Below are positions 63,944-64,000 of a DNA stretch of 64,000 nt, piece by piece (positions within the stretch are counted from its first letter, which is position 1; every line of letters starts with the position of its first letter). The position numbers and the translations under genes are program-made. The stretch lies in contig NC_134028.1 of assembly GCF_964204645.1 (NCBI RefSeq), forward strand, positions 9,424,001 through 9,488,000, read 5' to 3'. Source of the stretch: Tubulanus polymorphus (lineage: Eukaryota; Animalia; Nemertea). Under the pieces are notes generated by a model. The model was not told the origin of the DNA and did no database searches. It saw nothing but the letters and a program-made list of their open reading frames with translations.

Positions 63944-64000
63944 ATGAATTCGGACAACGATGCCGAATCTTTCCTCAGATTCAATCAGAATCGGTCCAAG
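63944..64000 (+). CDS. Possible start of a host CDS running out of the window
   Basis: GCAGCAGTATG (purine at -3) opens MNSDNDAESFLRFNQNRSK with no stop before the window end; too short to verify. Confidence 0.15.
   Translation, partial: MNSDNDAESFLRFNQNRSK

Noticed and set aside
63787-63984. Minus-strand exon ending at a GTGAGT donor (~63839)
   Set aside because: An in-frame stop lies just upstream, there is no clear acceptor or ATG, and the peptide is not recognisable.

Overview
AT-rich (roughly 36-38% GC by eye), CpG-retaining, almost entirely non-coding DNA that looks like an intronic or intergenic region of an invertebrate animal genome, not a prokaryote. I see no intact host protein-coding gene, and nearly all ORF-track entries look spurious. 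Two protein fossils are recognisable: a 5'-truncated, frameshifted non-LTR retrotransposon RT (50933-53320, minus) and a Tc1/mariner transposase fragment with exact DD41D spacing (~30600-31002, minus). The rest is MITEs, SINE/LINE stubs and micro/minisatellites. The most interesting signals are: (i) dispersed short repeats carrying minimal hammerhead-ribozyme motifs of the Penelope-like type, some in inverted pairs; (ii) a 1.2-kb foldback element with TATGG..CCATA ends and a 6-bp TSD (IS3EU-like), plus relatives; (iii) the LINE interrupting a hairpin-unit 46-bp minisatellite; (iv) two distant 42-bp arrays sharing one palindrome; (v) a dense AP-1 motif cluster and several CTCF-consensus sites. 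Everything was read by eye, so repeat boundaries may be off by several bases.
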